DNA of 64,000 nt from an uncultured virus (IMG/VR IMGVR_UViG_3300025466_000016) (taxonomy: Duplodnaviria; Heunggongvirae; Uroviricota; Caudoviricetes). A program made the position numbers and the translations under genes. Below are positions 1 through 9,252 of the stretch, piece after piece. The stretch's first letter is position 1; each line of letters begins with the position of its first letter. The DNA is taken from the IMG/VR virus record IMGVR_UViG_3300025466_000016; one strand, given 5' to 3'. The notes under the pieces are model-generated. The model saw only the letters and a program-made list of their open reading frames with translations. It was not told the DNA's origin and ran no database searches.

Positions 1-2
1 TG

Positions 3-176
3 GACCGCCAGGCGGCCGGAGATGCTACAGCCTGTGCCATAGTCAAGTATAGTAACCCTACGGATCCCTATTGTAATACCATTGATCAAGTAACGGTTGT
101 TGCTGTTCCGGACGACGAGTTTTACGCTAATAGATCTCCTGGTGCGATGCATCCAGCAGATGAGGCTCGATTATGA
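3..176 (+). CDS. 5'-truncated hypothetical protein (C-terminal ~57 aa)
   Basis: Open frame from the window edge (DRQAAGDATACAIVKY...HPADEARL*), ending in TGA that overlaps the next ATG (ATGA). Not in the ORF track. Confidence 0.6.
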   Translation, partial: DRQAAGDATACAIVKYSNPTDPYCNTIDQVTVVAVPDDEFYANRSPGAMHPADEARL

Positions 177-409
177 ACGCTGAAGAAATCGCACTAGAGT
201 TTGAACAATATCTCAAAGAGATAGAAGCTCAGCCCTGGGGTAATCACGAAATCTATTTAAGTGAAGCAATCGTTATGCTACGCCAGCTACAAAAGGAACG
301 AGACCTGCTGTTCTCAGCACACTCGCACGAAATGGTTCGAGCGGATGAATTACAAATTGAATGTGATAGATTATATCGTATTATTGAATTAAATGGAAAA
401 TTAGCGTGA
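173..409 (+). CDS. hypothetical phage protein (78 aa)
   Basis: ORF coupled to both neighbours by 4-nt overlaps. Confidence 0.7.
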   Translation: MNAEEIALEFEQYLKEIEAQPWGNHEIYLSEAIVMLRQLQKERDLLFSAHSHEMVRADELQIECDRLYRIIELNGKLA

Positions 410-663
410 ACGAGAAGATTAAACAACTTGCTCTCGATGCTGGCATAGGATTTGTCTTATGGGATGATAGTGGCAGAGAAATGATAGACAATTATACTCC
501 TGAAGAAGACTTGGAAAAGTTCGCCGAGTTATTGTTTAATGAAATTGCCAATACGACTGTAATTAGCGACGGCATGTTTATTGGAAACGAACGGCGCCTA
601 TCTGTGGAACTGCGGTTAGGTGATATGGTTAAGAAAATTTCAGTTTTCGGAGTTGAAGAATGA
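406..663 (+). CDS. small accessory protein, 'MNE.IK.LA...EKFAEL...FGVEE' paralog 1
   Basis: Shares N-terminal, EKFAEL and C-terminal FGVEE motifs with the next two ORFs. Confidence 0.8.
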   Translation: MNEKIKQLALDAGIGFVLWDDSGREMIDNYTPEEDLEKFAELLFNEIANTTVISDGMFIGNERRLSVELRLGDMVKKISVFGVEE

Positions 664-1046
664 ATGATAAGATTAAAGAACTTGCCGAACAATCATATGA
701 AGCGGCTACAATAACAACGATTGATCCATTTACACAGGAAGTTGTCGTTGATTATATTGATGGTACCAAGCTAATCTTTAATAAAGAAAAGTTCGCTGAG
801 TTGCTGGAGAAAGAGTTTGAAGCCAAATACTTTAGCGCAGGCTACATCCAGGGTCGTAGCGATGGAACAATTGAAACTGTTCAGGAATGTATCAGTATTT
901 GTAATCGAGCTATTCTACAGAATCAAGATACATTGTCTAAACTTAATGAAGATGAGTTAGCTGAAAAAATGATCATACACGGATCAATCAACCAAGCTCA
1001 AAAGTTAGGTAAAGGGATTAAACAACATTTCGGAGTTGAAGAATGA
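660..1046 (+). CDS. small accessory protein, FGVEE paralog 2
   Basis: MNDKIKELA...EKFAEL...HFGVEE; ATGA coupling. Confidence 0.8.
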   Translation: MNDKIKELAEQSYEAATITTIDPFTQEVVVDYIDGTKLIFNKEKFAELLEKEFEAKYFSAGYIQGRSDGTIETVQECISICNRAILQNQDTLSKLNEDELAEKMIIHGSINQAQKLGKGIKQHFGVEE

Positions 1047-1309
1047 ACGAGAATATTAAACTACTTGCTAAACAAGCTGGCATTATTGGACAATCTGAAG
1101 GTTCTGTTGCTCCACCTTTAGAAAAGTTTGCCGAGTTAATTGTGCGTGAATGTGCCAAACTCAATAAACATCACTCCTATGAACTGATGGGTGTTATTAC
1201 CGATGTTGAAGAAGGTGATGGATTCGATGATGTGTGCCTAAACACCGTTAAACGAGTTGCCGAATATCTGGCTAAAGATTTAAAAGAACATTTTGGAGTT
1301 GAAGAATGA
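1043..1309 (+). CDS. small accessory protein, FGVEE paralog 3
   Basis: MNENIKLLA...EKFAEL...HFGVEE; ATGA coupling. Confidence 0.8.
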   Translation: MNENIKLLAKQAGIIGQSEGSVAPPLEKFAELIVRECAKLNKHHSYELMGVITDVEEGDGFDDVCLNTVKRVAEYLAKDLKEHFGVEE

Positions 1310-1539
1310 CATTTACTGTAAGCGAAAGCCCTTGGGTTACCTTACGTAAGGGCGATCCGAGTTTCCAACTGCAAGGGCCTTACACCTTGGCCAACCGTGC
1401 CGGTATTGAAATTAGTCAAAGTTGCCCAGATAGTATGAAACAACAATTACAAGCGGCTATGTTTAATGGTTGGATTAAACCTGTAGCTGTTGTACCGAAG
1501 GACGATCCAACTTTACTATGGGAGACTTTAAAGTGTTAG
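1306..1539 (+). CDS. hypothetical protein (77 aa)
   Basis: ORF starts within the third repeat copy. Confidence 0.7.
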   Translation: MTFTVSESPWVTLRKGDPSFQLQGPYTLANRAGIEISQSCPDSMKQQLQAAMFNGWIKPVAVVPKDDPTLLWETLKC

Positions 1540-1931
1540 AATGTTTAATTATGGGCGACAGTATTGCTGTAGGAACACAGATGTTTGATCGTGAGTGTGC
1601 TGTAATTGCCAAAGGCGGAATTAATAGCTATCAATGGGTTAATCAGAACATCGGTAAGGCTCCATATCAGGCCAAGACTGTTATCATTAGCCTAGGCTCA
1701 AACGATCACAAATATGTAAAGACCGAAGAAGAATTGCAAACAATTCGTCGACTAACAAAGGCAGATCGTGTATACTGGATACTACCAGCAATTAAACCTA
1801 ACATACAAGAGATTGTACGCAAAGTAGCCGGTGAGTATGGTGATGTTGTTTTACCTATTAAAAGTTTACAACCAGATGGTATTCACCCAAGTTGGGAAGG
1901 ATACAAACAAATTGTTAAGGAAACAAAATGA
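1518..1931 (+). CDS. SGNH/GDSL hydrolase-family protein
   Basis: GDS (MGDSIAVG), GxND (LGSND) and DxxH (DGIHP) blocks. The true start may be the GTG at 1533. Confidence 0.8.
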   Translation: MGDFKVLECLIMGDSIAVGTQMFDRECAVIAKGGINSYQWVNQNIGKAPYQAKTVIISLGSNDHKYVKTEEELQTIRRLTKADRVYWILPAIKPNIQEIVRKVAGEYGDVVLPIKSLQPDGIHPSWEGYKQIVKETK

Positions 1932-2098
1932 ACTCGTTTATGAATTGGTATGAACGTAATTACACACAAATTACCTGGTTTATTATAGGCTGGATGGCCT
2001 TGTGTACATTAACCGACTTTGGTAAAGGTGATTGGTCTGGTGTTGCTTTCGACATCGCCCTTGTTGCATTAAATTATTTTTTATACAAACGGAGCTAA
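1928..2098 (+). CDS. small membrane protein (56 aa), not in ORF track
   Basis: MNSFMNWYERNYTQITWFIIGWMALCTLTDFGKGDWSGVAFDIALVALNYFLYKRS*. Two hydrophobic segments; it fills the gap exactly, with an ATGA overlap. Confidence 0.75.
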   Translation: MNSFMNWYERNYTQITWFIIGWMALCTLTDFGKGDWSGVAFDIALVALNYFLYKRS

Positions 2099-2099
2099 A

Positions 2100-2399
2100 A
2101 TGAGCAATACAAAAGTCGATGAAAAAGATCTACCGCAAGTTGAGATCAAATATATCAATGCCCCTGCTACATTAGAAGAGGCAATTGAACGTTTAATGCT
2201 AGCCGAAATGCGCCTAGAAGATCTATCACGTGCTACAGAAATTGCTATGATTACTCGTCAAATGGACATGGTAGAATCGTTTAAAGCCAGTGCAGATGAA
2301 TACTTGCTTACTAAGATCACTATCGATCAGCCCACAGCCGAAGACTTTAAGTTGACTATTTTGACTGACGAAAAAGAAGAAGATGCTAAAGCACAATGA
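2100..2399 (+). CDS. hypothetical protein (99 aa)
   Basis: ORF with upstream GGAG. Confidence 0.7.
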   Translation: MSNTKVDEKDLPQVEIKYINAPATLEEAIERLMLAEMRLEDLSRATEIAMITRQMDMVESFKASADEYLLTKITIDQPTAEDFKLTILTDEKEEDAKAQ

Positions 2400-2670
2400 A
2401 GTAAATCCTTTAGCTGTATTTGGAATGCGGAAGATGGAACATTGTCCTCCGCATTTTACTGTGGTTAAATTTGATTTAGTAAACTCTGAAAAATCAATTA
2501 CCGATTGGATATGGGAAAATTTAGATGGTCGCTTTTACTACGGCGACGAGTATGATAACGGAACCGGTAATACTATTGCTATGCAAAAAATGGTAGCCTT
2601 TGAAATCGCTGGAGAAGCTAGTATGTTTGCCCTAATTTTGGATCAAATAAACAAACGGGAATTTTGGTAA
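2383..2670 (+). CDS. hypothetical phage protein (95 aa)
   Basis: ORF overlapping the previous stop. Confidence 0.7.
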   Translation: MLKHNEVNPLAVFGMRKMEHCPPHFTVVKFDLVNSEKSITDWIWENLDGRFYYGDEYDNGTGNTIAMQKMVAFEIAGEASMFALILDQINKREFW

Positions 2671-2700
2671 GAAAAAAAATTTTCCACTCTGACATACGGT

Positions 2701-2710
2701 CGTAAATATA
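2701..2710 (+). promoter_or_regulatory. putative late promoter (CGTAAATATA)
   Basis: TAAATA core resembling the T4 gp55 late promoter TATAAATA, in an intergenic gap. Confidence 0.5.
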
Positions 2711-2734
2711 TGCATAGTTTATTACGGAGATACT

Positions 2735-2992
2735 ATGTCAGATCAAACAACAGAAACAACAGTAGATACAACAGCACCAGCTGCTGAGCAACAAGCTACA
2801 TTACAAATTAACGATATTTTGCTAGCTGCACAAGTTATTCAGTTAGCTACAACACGTGGCGCATTTCGTGCCGAAGAATTCACACAGATTGGCGGAGTTT
2901 ATGATCGCTTGGTAGCATTTTTGCAATCAAGTGGTGCTATTAAACCAGCTGCCAGCGGTGAACAGTCAGCTGAAGAAACTCCAGCGGCTTAA
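2735..2992 (+). CDS. hypothetical protein (85 aa)
   Basis: ORF with GGAGA RBS. Confidence 0.8.
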   Translation: MSDQTTETTVDTTAPAAEQQATLQINDILLAAQVIQLATTRGAFRAEEFTQIGGVYDRLVAFLQSSGAIKPAASGEQSAEETPAA

Positions 2993-3006
2993 TTAAGGAA
3001 AATAAA

Positions 3007-3708
3007 ATGATTAAACATGTCGGTAAGCACAATAGTAAAAAGATTGTATTACTATGGCGCAAAGTCCCTAACGAGGATCATATGGCTCTAGTACTTTACA
3101 GTGACACTCTACCAAGATTAATTCACGATGAAGTTATGCGAGCTTTAGAAAGCGCAATTGGTCAGGCTTCAACAGATTTCAGTGATGTACTATTCCGTAC
3201 AACAATGGCCGATGGTCGCAATGCTTTAGAAGTAATACACCGCGAAGGATTTATTAAGAAAGTGCCTACAAGCCAAGTATTAATCACTCCTACAGCAAAA
3301 TCAAGTGTACGTTTAGATGAACTAAACAGTATCCTTGACGAAATGGAAAAAGGCCAAGAAGCTACTAAGCGTTTGTCCGATCTAGACAAAGAAGCTGGTA
3401 TGGCTCCTAAGAAGAAAGTTCGTGAAGGTCGTGAAGTTGGTATGCCACCAAACAATGCTAGTTTGAGTCGTACTAACACAGACGTTGATTCTACAGCAAG
3501 TGCCGCAGCATACGTTAAAGGTATTTTAAGTGACGATGATTTAGCTGCTCAACGTGTATCACAAGCCGAAGCAATGAAGGCTCAAGCCGCACAGTTGCTT
3601 GCAGAAGCAAAGCGTCTAGAATCCGAAGCATCTAAACTTTCACCAGCGAAAAATGTCAAAACAACAAGAGCCAAAAAAGCCACGACAGCCAAAAAGCAAG
3701 CGGCTTAA
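3007..3708 (+). CDS. hypothetical phage protein (233 aa), coiled-coil/basic C-terminus
   Basis: ORF with AAGGA RBS. Confidence 0.8.
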   Translation: MIKHVGKHNSKKIVLLWRKVPNEDHMALVLYSDTLPRLIHDEVMRALESAIGQASTDFSDVLFRTTMADGRNALEVIHREGFIKKVPTSQVLITPTAKSSVRLDELNSILDEMEKGQEATKRLSDLDKEAGMAPKKKVREGREVGMPPNNASLSRTNTDVDSTASAAAYVKGILSDDDLAAQRVSQAEAMKAQAAQLLAEAKRLESEASKLSPAKNVKTTRAKKATTAKKQAA

Positions 3709-4000
3709 TTTAAACAAGAAAGACCAATGGGAGAAGTTGCTCAAAGAAGTTAGTAAAGAGCAAGTTCCCATTGGCGTGTTACTATACATTACTGTTAATC
3801 TTAAAGACGGAACTCAAGTCGATGTAGACATCAAAGAGATGTTAGAAGAAGGTGCGGATCCTGCAGTAGTAGAACAAATTATCAATGCTAAATTAGAAGC
3901 ACTAGATGATATCATACAGGATGTGGACTTTCACATTAGTGTAGACAGCGTAGCAAAAGTAATACAACCCTTCACAGACAACTTACTTAAAAATTTATGA
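3653..4000 (+). CDS. hypothetical protein (115 aa)
   Basis: ORF coupled to DHFR by ATGA. Confidence 0.7.
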   Translation: MSKQQEPKKPRQPKSKRLNLNKKDQWEKLLKEVSKEQVPIGVLLYITVNLKDGTQVDVDIKEMLEEGADPAVVEQIINAKLEALDDIIQDVDFHISVDSVAKVIQPFTDNLLKNL

Positions 4001-4503
4001 TTAATGCCTTATTCGCCGTAGACCATTACGGCGGTATGGGGTTTCAAGGTTCATTGCCTTGGCCTCACAATGCCGCTGACTTGTCTAATTTCCAACGACT
4101 CACTATGGGACATGTCTTAGTAATGGGAAGTACCAGTTGGAACGATTCAAAGATTCCTAAACCTTTACACGGGCGTACAGTATACATTGCCAGTTCAAAA
4201 CCAGTTAGGTATGCAGGTCGCATTAGCGGAAACATTGCTGACCGTGTGTTAGAATTAGAACAACAACACAAAGATAAAACTATATGGGTTGGTGGTGGAC
4301 CAAAACTTATTGAATCGTGTATAGATATATTTGATAAAATATACTTGACACATTTCAAGGGATCATATAAAATTGATACTAAGATAGACTTAAAGTCATT
4401 CTTAACTGGCTTTACTCCTACTAGTGCCAAGGTAGCGCCAGATTTTCAATCAACATTAATTGTATATGAACCAATATTTAAACGCTCTAAAACAAGTACT
4501 TGA
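3997..4503 (+). CDS. folA: dihydrofolate reductase
   Basis: GMGFQGSLPWPH..DL..F...T.G..LVMG..SW, PLHGR and WVGGG motifs; adjacent to thymidylate synthase. Confidence 0.92.
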   Translation: MINALFAVDHYGGMGFQGSLPWPHNAADLSNFQRLTMGHVLVMGSTSWNDSKIPKPLHGRTVYIASSKPVRYAGRISGNIADRVLELEQQHKDKTIWVGGGPKLIESCIDIFDKIYLTHFKGSYKIDTKIDLKSFLTGFTPTSAKVAPDFQSTLIVYEPIFKRSKTST

Positions 4504-5377
4504 ACAAGGCGAAGTCCGAGATGATCGTACCGGTGTAGGTACCATCAGTTTGTTCGGTATGCAACAACGCTACAACTTAGCTGATGCATTTCCAGCAGTA
4601 ACTACTAAACGATTAGCATGGCGGGCTTGCGTAGGTGAGCTACTATGGATGATCGAAGGCTCGGGCGATGAACGTCGTCTAGCAGAAATTACACATGGTA
4701 CTAGCGATGGTACTACAACCATTTGGACTCCTAACGCACTTGCACCATACTGGCGTCCTAAGGCCAAGTTTGAAGGCGACTTAGGTCGTGTATATGGAGT
4801 ACAATGGCGTCGTTGGAGAACATATATTAAACATTCTAGCGACAGTTTTAAAAATGAATTTGGCACTTGGTTTAGTTCAACTAATAGTGTTGAAGAACGT
4901 ACTGTTGATCAAATACAAGGTCTGATCAATGGTATTCGGCAAGACCCACACGGACGAAGACACATACTATCCGCATGGAACCCTGGTGAGTTAGACCAGA
5001 TGGCCCTGCCACCGTGCCACGTTCTTGCTCAGTTTTATGTCGGCAAAGATAATCGATTAAGTTGTCAGATGTATCAACGCAGTTGTGATATGTTTTTAGG
5101 TGTACCCTTTAATATCGCTAGTTATAGTTTGTTAACACATCTAATAGCTCAAGTGTGCGATTTGGCGGTTGGGGAGTTTGTTCATGTTCTTGGTGACGCA
5201 CACATATACCTAAATCATGTAGAGCAGGTTAAAGAACAACTACAACGTGAACCATTACCTGCCCCACAACTCCTACTAAACCCTGATGTTCAAGACATTA
5301 CTAAGTTTACCATGGCGGATATTAGTTTAGAGGGTTACACAAGCCACGGAGCAATCAAAGCAGAAATGGCAGTATAA
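4466..5377 (+). CDS. thyA: thymidylate synthase
   Basis: DRTGVGT, LGRVYGVQWR, MALPPCH (catalytic Cys), YQRSCDMFLGVPFNIASY, GDAHIYLNH. ATG at 4466 preferred. Confidence 0.97.
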   Translation: MNQYLNALKQVLEQGEVRDDRTGVGTISLFGMQQRYNLADAFPAVTTKRLAWRACVGELLWMIEGSGDERRLAEITHGTSDGTTTIWTPNALAPYWRPKAKFEGDLGRVYGVQWRRWRTYIKHSSDSFKNEFGTWFSSTNSVEERTVDQIQGLINGIRQDPHGRRHILSAWNPGELDQMALPPCHVLAQFYVGKDNRLSCQMYQRSCDMFLGVPFNIASYSLLTHLIAQVCDLAVGEFVHVLGDAHIYLNHVEQVKEQLQREPLPAPQLLLNPDVQDITKFTMADISLEGYTSHGAIKAEMAV

Positions 5378-6363
5378 TGAAGTATCTAGTAACAGGCGGG
5401 GCCGGCTTTATCGGTCATAATGTAGTACGTCAGTTAGAATCTTTAGGACACGAATGTTTTATTTTAGACAGCGTAACCGATTATGGATTTGTGCCCAAGG
5501 ATGAATTAAAATATCTATACCGGGCCCGTCGTGATCGTATGCGATCAAATACGCATCACGTAGATTTACGCAATGCCGAACTTGTTGAAAATTGGTTTTT
5601 AAGTTTTAGTTTTAAAGCAGATGCTGTTATTCACTTAGCAAGTTTCCCAAGACAAAAAGTAGTTTCTGCTAATCCTGTATGGGGCGCCGAAGTAATGGGC
5701 ACTGGCCTAGTACACTTATTAGAAATGACTAAACGATATCATATTCCTAAATTTGTATACGTTTCAAGTTCAATGGTCTACGGGGACTTCGATGATCAAG
5801 TAACAGAAGATTATAATTGCCGGCCACAGGGCCAATATGGCATTATGAAACTAATGGGCGAACACCTTGTTAAAGACTATACACGTCGTGGTTGCTTTGA
5901 TCATGTTATTATTCGTCCTAGTGCTGTCTACGGTGAGTATGATGTGGAAGACCGAGTAGTGTCTAAGTTTATGCTTGGCGCTATGCGTGGACACGTTCTT
6001 AAAGTCAATGGAGCAAATGAAACTCTAGACTTTACCTACGTAGAAGATGCTGCACGTGGTATTGCACAAGCTACCTTAAGCGATCGTGCTGTTAATGGTA
6101 CATACAATATTACTAAAAGTCATAGTATGTCATTATTAAAAGCTGCCGAACTTGCTGTTAGTATTGCTGGTCGAGGTACTATAGAATGCCGAGATAAAGA
6201 TGCAGATTTTCCTAGTCGCGGAGCACTATGTATTGATCGTGCTAGAGCAGACTTTGACTTTGATCCTCAAGTTGATGTAGAAGAAGGTTTCCAGCTTTAT
6301 CATAAATGGTTTACCGAAAGCACATATTGGCAACAAAAACTCAAATCCCCTTCTTCGGTATAG
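5377..6363 (+). CDS. NAD-dependent NDP-sugar epimerase/dehydratase (extended SDR)
   Basis: TGGAGFIG, SSSMVYG, YGIMK (YxxxK), DFTYVED. Confidence 0.92.
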   Translation: MKYLVTGGAGFIGHNVVRQLESLGHECFILDSVTDYGFVPKDELKYLYRARRDRMRSNTHHVDLRNAELVENWFLSFSFKADAVIHLASFPRQKVVSANPVWGAEVMGTGLVHLLEMTKRYHIPKFVYVSSSMVYGDFDDQVTEDYNCRPQGQYGIMKLMGEHLVKDYTRRGCFDHVIIRPSAVYGEYDVEDRVVSKFMLGAMRGHVLKVNGANETLDFTYVEDAARGIAQATLSDRAVNGTYNITKSHSMSLLKAAELAVSIAGRGTIECRDKDADFPSRGALCIDRARADFDFDPQVDVEEGFQLYHKWFTESTYWQQKLKSPSSV

Positions 6364-7436
6364 ACCGCCAGTACAAGATTCTTCGAGAGGAAATAGTAGA
6401 TGCTATTGACGAAGTTTATCTTACGGGTAAAGTTTTAGATGGCCCGCATACCGCTGCGTTCGAGCAGGCCATTGCTAAACGGTGTAATAGACAATTTGCT
6501 GTAGCTGTTAATAGCTGTACCCAAGGACTAGTATTTGCACAACAAGTTACTGTTCCTGCAGAAAGCCGAATATTAATTCCTACATTAAGTTTCGCCGCTA
6601 CACTTAACTCGGTGTTGTATGCAGGACACACTCCTGTATTCTGCGATACAGATCCAAATGCTCTAATAGATTTAGAATCGATGGACATGGCTCTTACTGG
6701 CGCCGGGATTAATTGTATTATGTATGCTAACTTGTTTGGACATACAATTGACTACAATAAATTTAGATTACACACAGAATTCTTTAATGATGATATATTT
6801 GTTATCGAAGATGCTGCACAATCATTTGGCGCCAGTTATCAAGGGCAACCTAGTGGTAGCTTAGGCGACATTAGCGTATTAAGTTTTGATCCTACTAAGA
6901 ACTTAAACAACTACGGATCGGGTGGTATGATATTAACCGATAGCTATCAAGCGTACGAAGATCTATTAGACTTGCGCGATAACGGAAAACGTATGGATCA
7001 CCAAGGATTTGGCACTAACAGTAAAATGTCAGAAGCAGACTGTGCCGCTATGTTAGTTAAACTAGAGCACTTTGATGCGTGGCAACAACGTAGACAAAAG
7101 ATTGCTGACTATTATACAGGCGAATTATCAGAATTTGTAGATATAGTTTTACCCAACGAAGGTGTTGAAAGTGCCTGGTCAAAGTTTGTTATTAGAACTG
7201 CCGATAGGTATACGCTTAACGGGTTTATGAGTCAGCAAGGAATTGAAACTCGTTATAATTACGATAAGCCACTGTTTGAATTACCAGTGGGATATGAATT
7301 TATTGATTATGCCCGAGAGCTATTTAGAGAATCAACAGCCTTTAGTAGAGAATGTTTAAGTTTACCAATTTATCCTGAACTACTTGATTCGGAAGTAGAA
7401 CGTGTAGTTGAAGCTGTTATAAATTACTTGAATTAA
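6306..7436 (+). CDS. DegT/DnrJ/EryC1/StrS PLP-dependent NDP-sugar aminotransferase
   Basis: IEDAAQSFGA, SFDPTKNLNNYGSGG (PLP lysine), LSLPIYP. Confidence 0.93.
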   Translation: MVYRKHILATKTQIPFFGIDRQYKILREEIVDAIDEVYLTGKVLDGPHTAAFEQAIAKRCNRQFAVAVNSCTQGLVFAQQVTVPAESRILIPTLSFAATLNSVLYAGHTPVFCDTDPNALIDLESMDMALTGAGINCIMYANLFGHTIDYNKFRLHTEFFNDDIFVIEDAAQSFGASYQGQPSGSLGDISVLSFDPTKNLNNYGSGGMILTDSYQAYEDLLDLRDNGKRMDHQGFGTNSKMSEADCAAMLVKLEHFDAWQQRRQKIADYYTGELSEFVDIVLPNEGVESAWSKFVIRTADRYTLNGFMSQQGIETRYNYDKPLFELPVGYEFIDYARELFRESTAFSRECLSLPIYPELLDSEVERVVEAVINYLN

Positions 7437-9252
7437 AACGTTCTTGTAACCACGCCCAATCAAAACTTAGTTTCAACTTTTCGTAGTCTCCCCCAACTTG
7501 ATTGTAGTACAAGACAGCAGCACGGGCTCCAGCTAGACAATATTCAGCAAAATTACCTTCAGCAACTTCACACCAAGTTGCTAATCTATGGCTGGTTTCT
7601 AATGTAGGTTGTGTTGCCATAAAGTGTTTAAGTTTAACTACTTCGCGGAAAGCTGTACGCCATGTCATCCAAGGACTTTGATTGAAGTGTGCTATACCCG
7701 AAAGGATAGGAACTGACTCGTGCGGTTGGCTTAGGGTAAAGTCAATGCCAGGATTATTATTTTCTAATACTAGACGTTTGTTGTAGGCAATTATGCCCTG
7801 ATGTCCGTACTCTAATCCATTTACAGGATTGCGACTATTAAAAATATAGTGCTTGGGCTCTTGATAGTAATCCGGTGTCCAAAACCAATCAAACTCGTTG
7901 CCCAATACTTCTAGTTTAGCAAACACAGCCAGGAACCAGGGTGTTGCACTTTGTCTAGCAGCTTCTTGATAAGCGGCCGTACGCCCATTAACACCACGTA
8001 CCCATTTTGCGGTTGTATTACTCTGATAGCACAAATGACTGTACCACTTTTCCTCGTCAGGTTCTCCGTTACTGATGTATATAATGTCCAGCTCAGGAAA
8101 TACTTTCTCTCCGTAGTATTCATTAACACGGAAAACCGAGTCCTCAAGGTGCGGATAATCGTAGATTTGCGTCTTCAAATCAGCCTTAATATCTCGCGGT
8201 ACTATACAGGTAGCCCCAGAGTCACTACAACGCAAAACAACACGGTCTTTCTTAGTCCATAAGCAAGGTGTATCATTTAGAGTTATATCTTTTTGGTTAG
8301 TAAAGAACGCATAGGGAGTTTTGAATTCGTAACTTTTGATTTCTTCTACTAGGTTATCCGATTCATAATAATGTTTAGGCATTGGAAAACGTTCTACCGA
8401 TTGATCGTCACAATAGTTAATAACATTAAACCAATCAAGTAATTCTAGTTCAATCATTTGTTGTGCAAAACTAGGCACGTGTATATAAAAAGTATCGCCA
8501 CGTGCTTGTGTACCAGTAGGAAAACAATGTATCATTTCCCGCTGATGTTCATCTGGGTGCCAGGTAAAATCAAATTGTGTGTAGTCGCATACGCTACTAA
8601 TAATCCATATGTATTCTGTTGTAGCTAAATTTATAATACGTTTGAATACGTTTAAATGATTATCTACGTAGCGTGTCTTTACTATGTCTGGGTGTATAAG
8701 TTTTAACAAGTCATATTGGTGACGTGCAATGCCGCCGTTTAAAAAATCCATGTAAAAGATCTGTGTAGCGTTAGCACGTATCTTTTGACTGGCCATATAC
8801 TTAATACCAGCAGATCCTCTATAACGTGGTCCACCATCAGGTTGCCATTGACTAGGAAAACGATATTCGTAAGCAGGCTCTGTTTCATCCGGGTGCCAGG
8901 AATAATCAAAGTCACTGTCGTCTATGTTATCAGGAATTTCCCACAGATCTCGATTGGGTAATCTACGTACACGTTGATTGGTTTGAAAATGCCATTCGCG
9001 ATTTTTTACTGTATCGGTATTAGCAAAGTAAACACCGCCAGTGCGTTGGTGTTGGCTAGGAAAAGTATGTAGCTGATGATTTTCCCAAGGTGCTGGGCGC
9101 CATTCAAAATCAAAGTTTGAGTAATCGTTGCCACCATAAATATACCAGTAATAGCCAGTACGGCACAACTCAGCTGCATGTTCTAAACTGTCAGCAGGTT
9201 GCTCAAATTCAAATAAGTTTGGTTTACTACCAAAGTAAAAAACATCATACAT
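7417..9252 (-). CDS. multi-module glycosyltransferase-like protein (611 aa)
   Basis: C-terminal domain aligns by eye with 26034-26927 (NPVNGLEYG; WRTAFREVVKL). Recurrent FD(F/Y/W)xWxP motifs. Confidence 0.65.
   Translation of the reverse strand: MYDVFYFGSKPNLFEFEQPADSLEHAAELCRTGYYWYIYGGNDYSNFDFEWRPAPWENHQLHTFPSQHQRTGGVYFANTDTVKNREWHFQTNQRVRRLPNRDLWEIPDNIDDSDFDYSWHPDETEPAYEYRFPSQWQPDGGPRYRGSAGIKYMASQKIRANATQIFYMDFLNGGIARHQYDLLKLIHPDIVKTRYVDNHLNVFKRIINLATTEYIWIISSVCDYTQFDFTWHPDEHQREMIHCFPTGTQARGDTFYIHVPSFAQQMIELELLDWFNVINYCDDQSVERFPMPKHYYESDNLVEEIKSYEFKTPYAFFTNQKDITLNDTPCLWTKKDRVVLRCSDSGATCIVPRDIKADLKTQIYDYPHLEDSVFRVNEYYGEKVFPELDIIYISNGEPDEEKWYSHLCYQSNTTAKWVRGVNGRTAAYQEAARQSATPWFLAVFAKLEVLGNEFDWFWTPDYYQEPKHYIFNSRNPVNGLEYGHQGIIAYNKRLVLENNNPGIDFTLSQPHESVPILSGIAHFNQSPWMTWRTAFREVVKLKHFMATQPTLETSHRLATWCEVAEGNFAEYCLAGARAAVLYYNQVGGDYEKLKLSFDWAWLQERFNSSNL

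Larger units (their letters stand above)
645..1309 (+). repeat. 19-nt direct repeat TTTYGGAGTTGAAGAATGA x3 (645-663, 1028-1046, 1291-1309)
   Basis: Read directly. Each copy encodes FGVEE*, and contains a GGAG Shine-Dalgarno and the ATGA stop/start overlap. Confidence 0.9.

Noticed and set aside
645..1309. CRISPR-like array from the 19-nt repeat
   Set aside because: Spacing is 263-383 nt, the repeats are protein-coding gene ends, and there are no cas genes.
4466..5377. ThyA as a dCMP/dUMP hydroxymethylase for DNA hypermodification, or as an intron-containing td gene
   Set aside because: Canonical motifs with Asn in PFNIASY and a DHFR partner. The ORF is continuous, and the extra segment (YIKHSS...VEERT) is a short in-frame loop.
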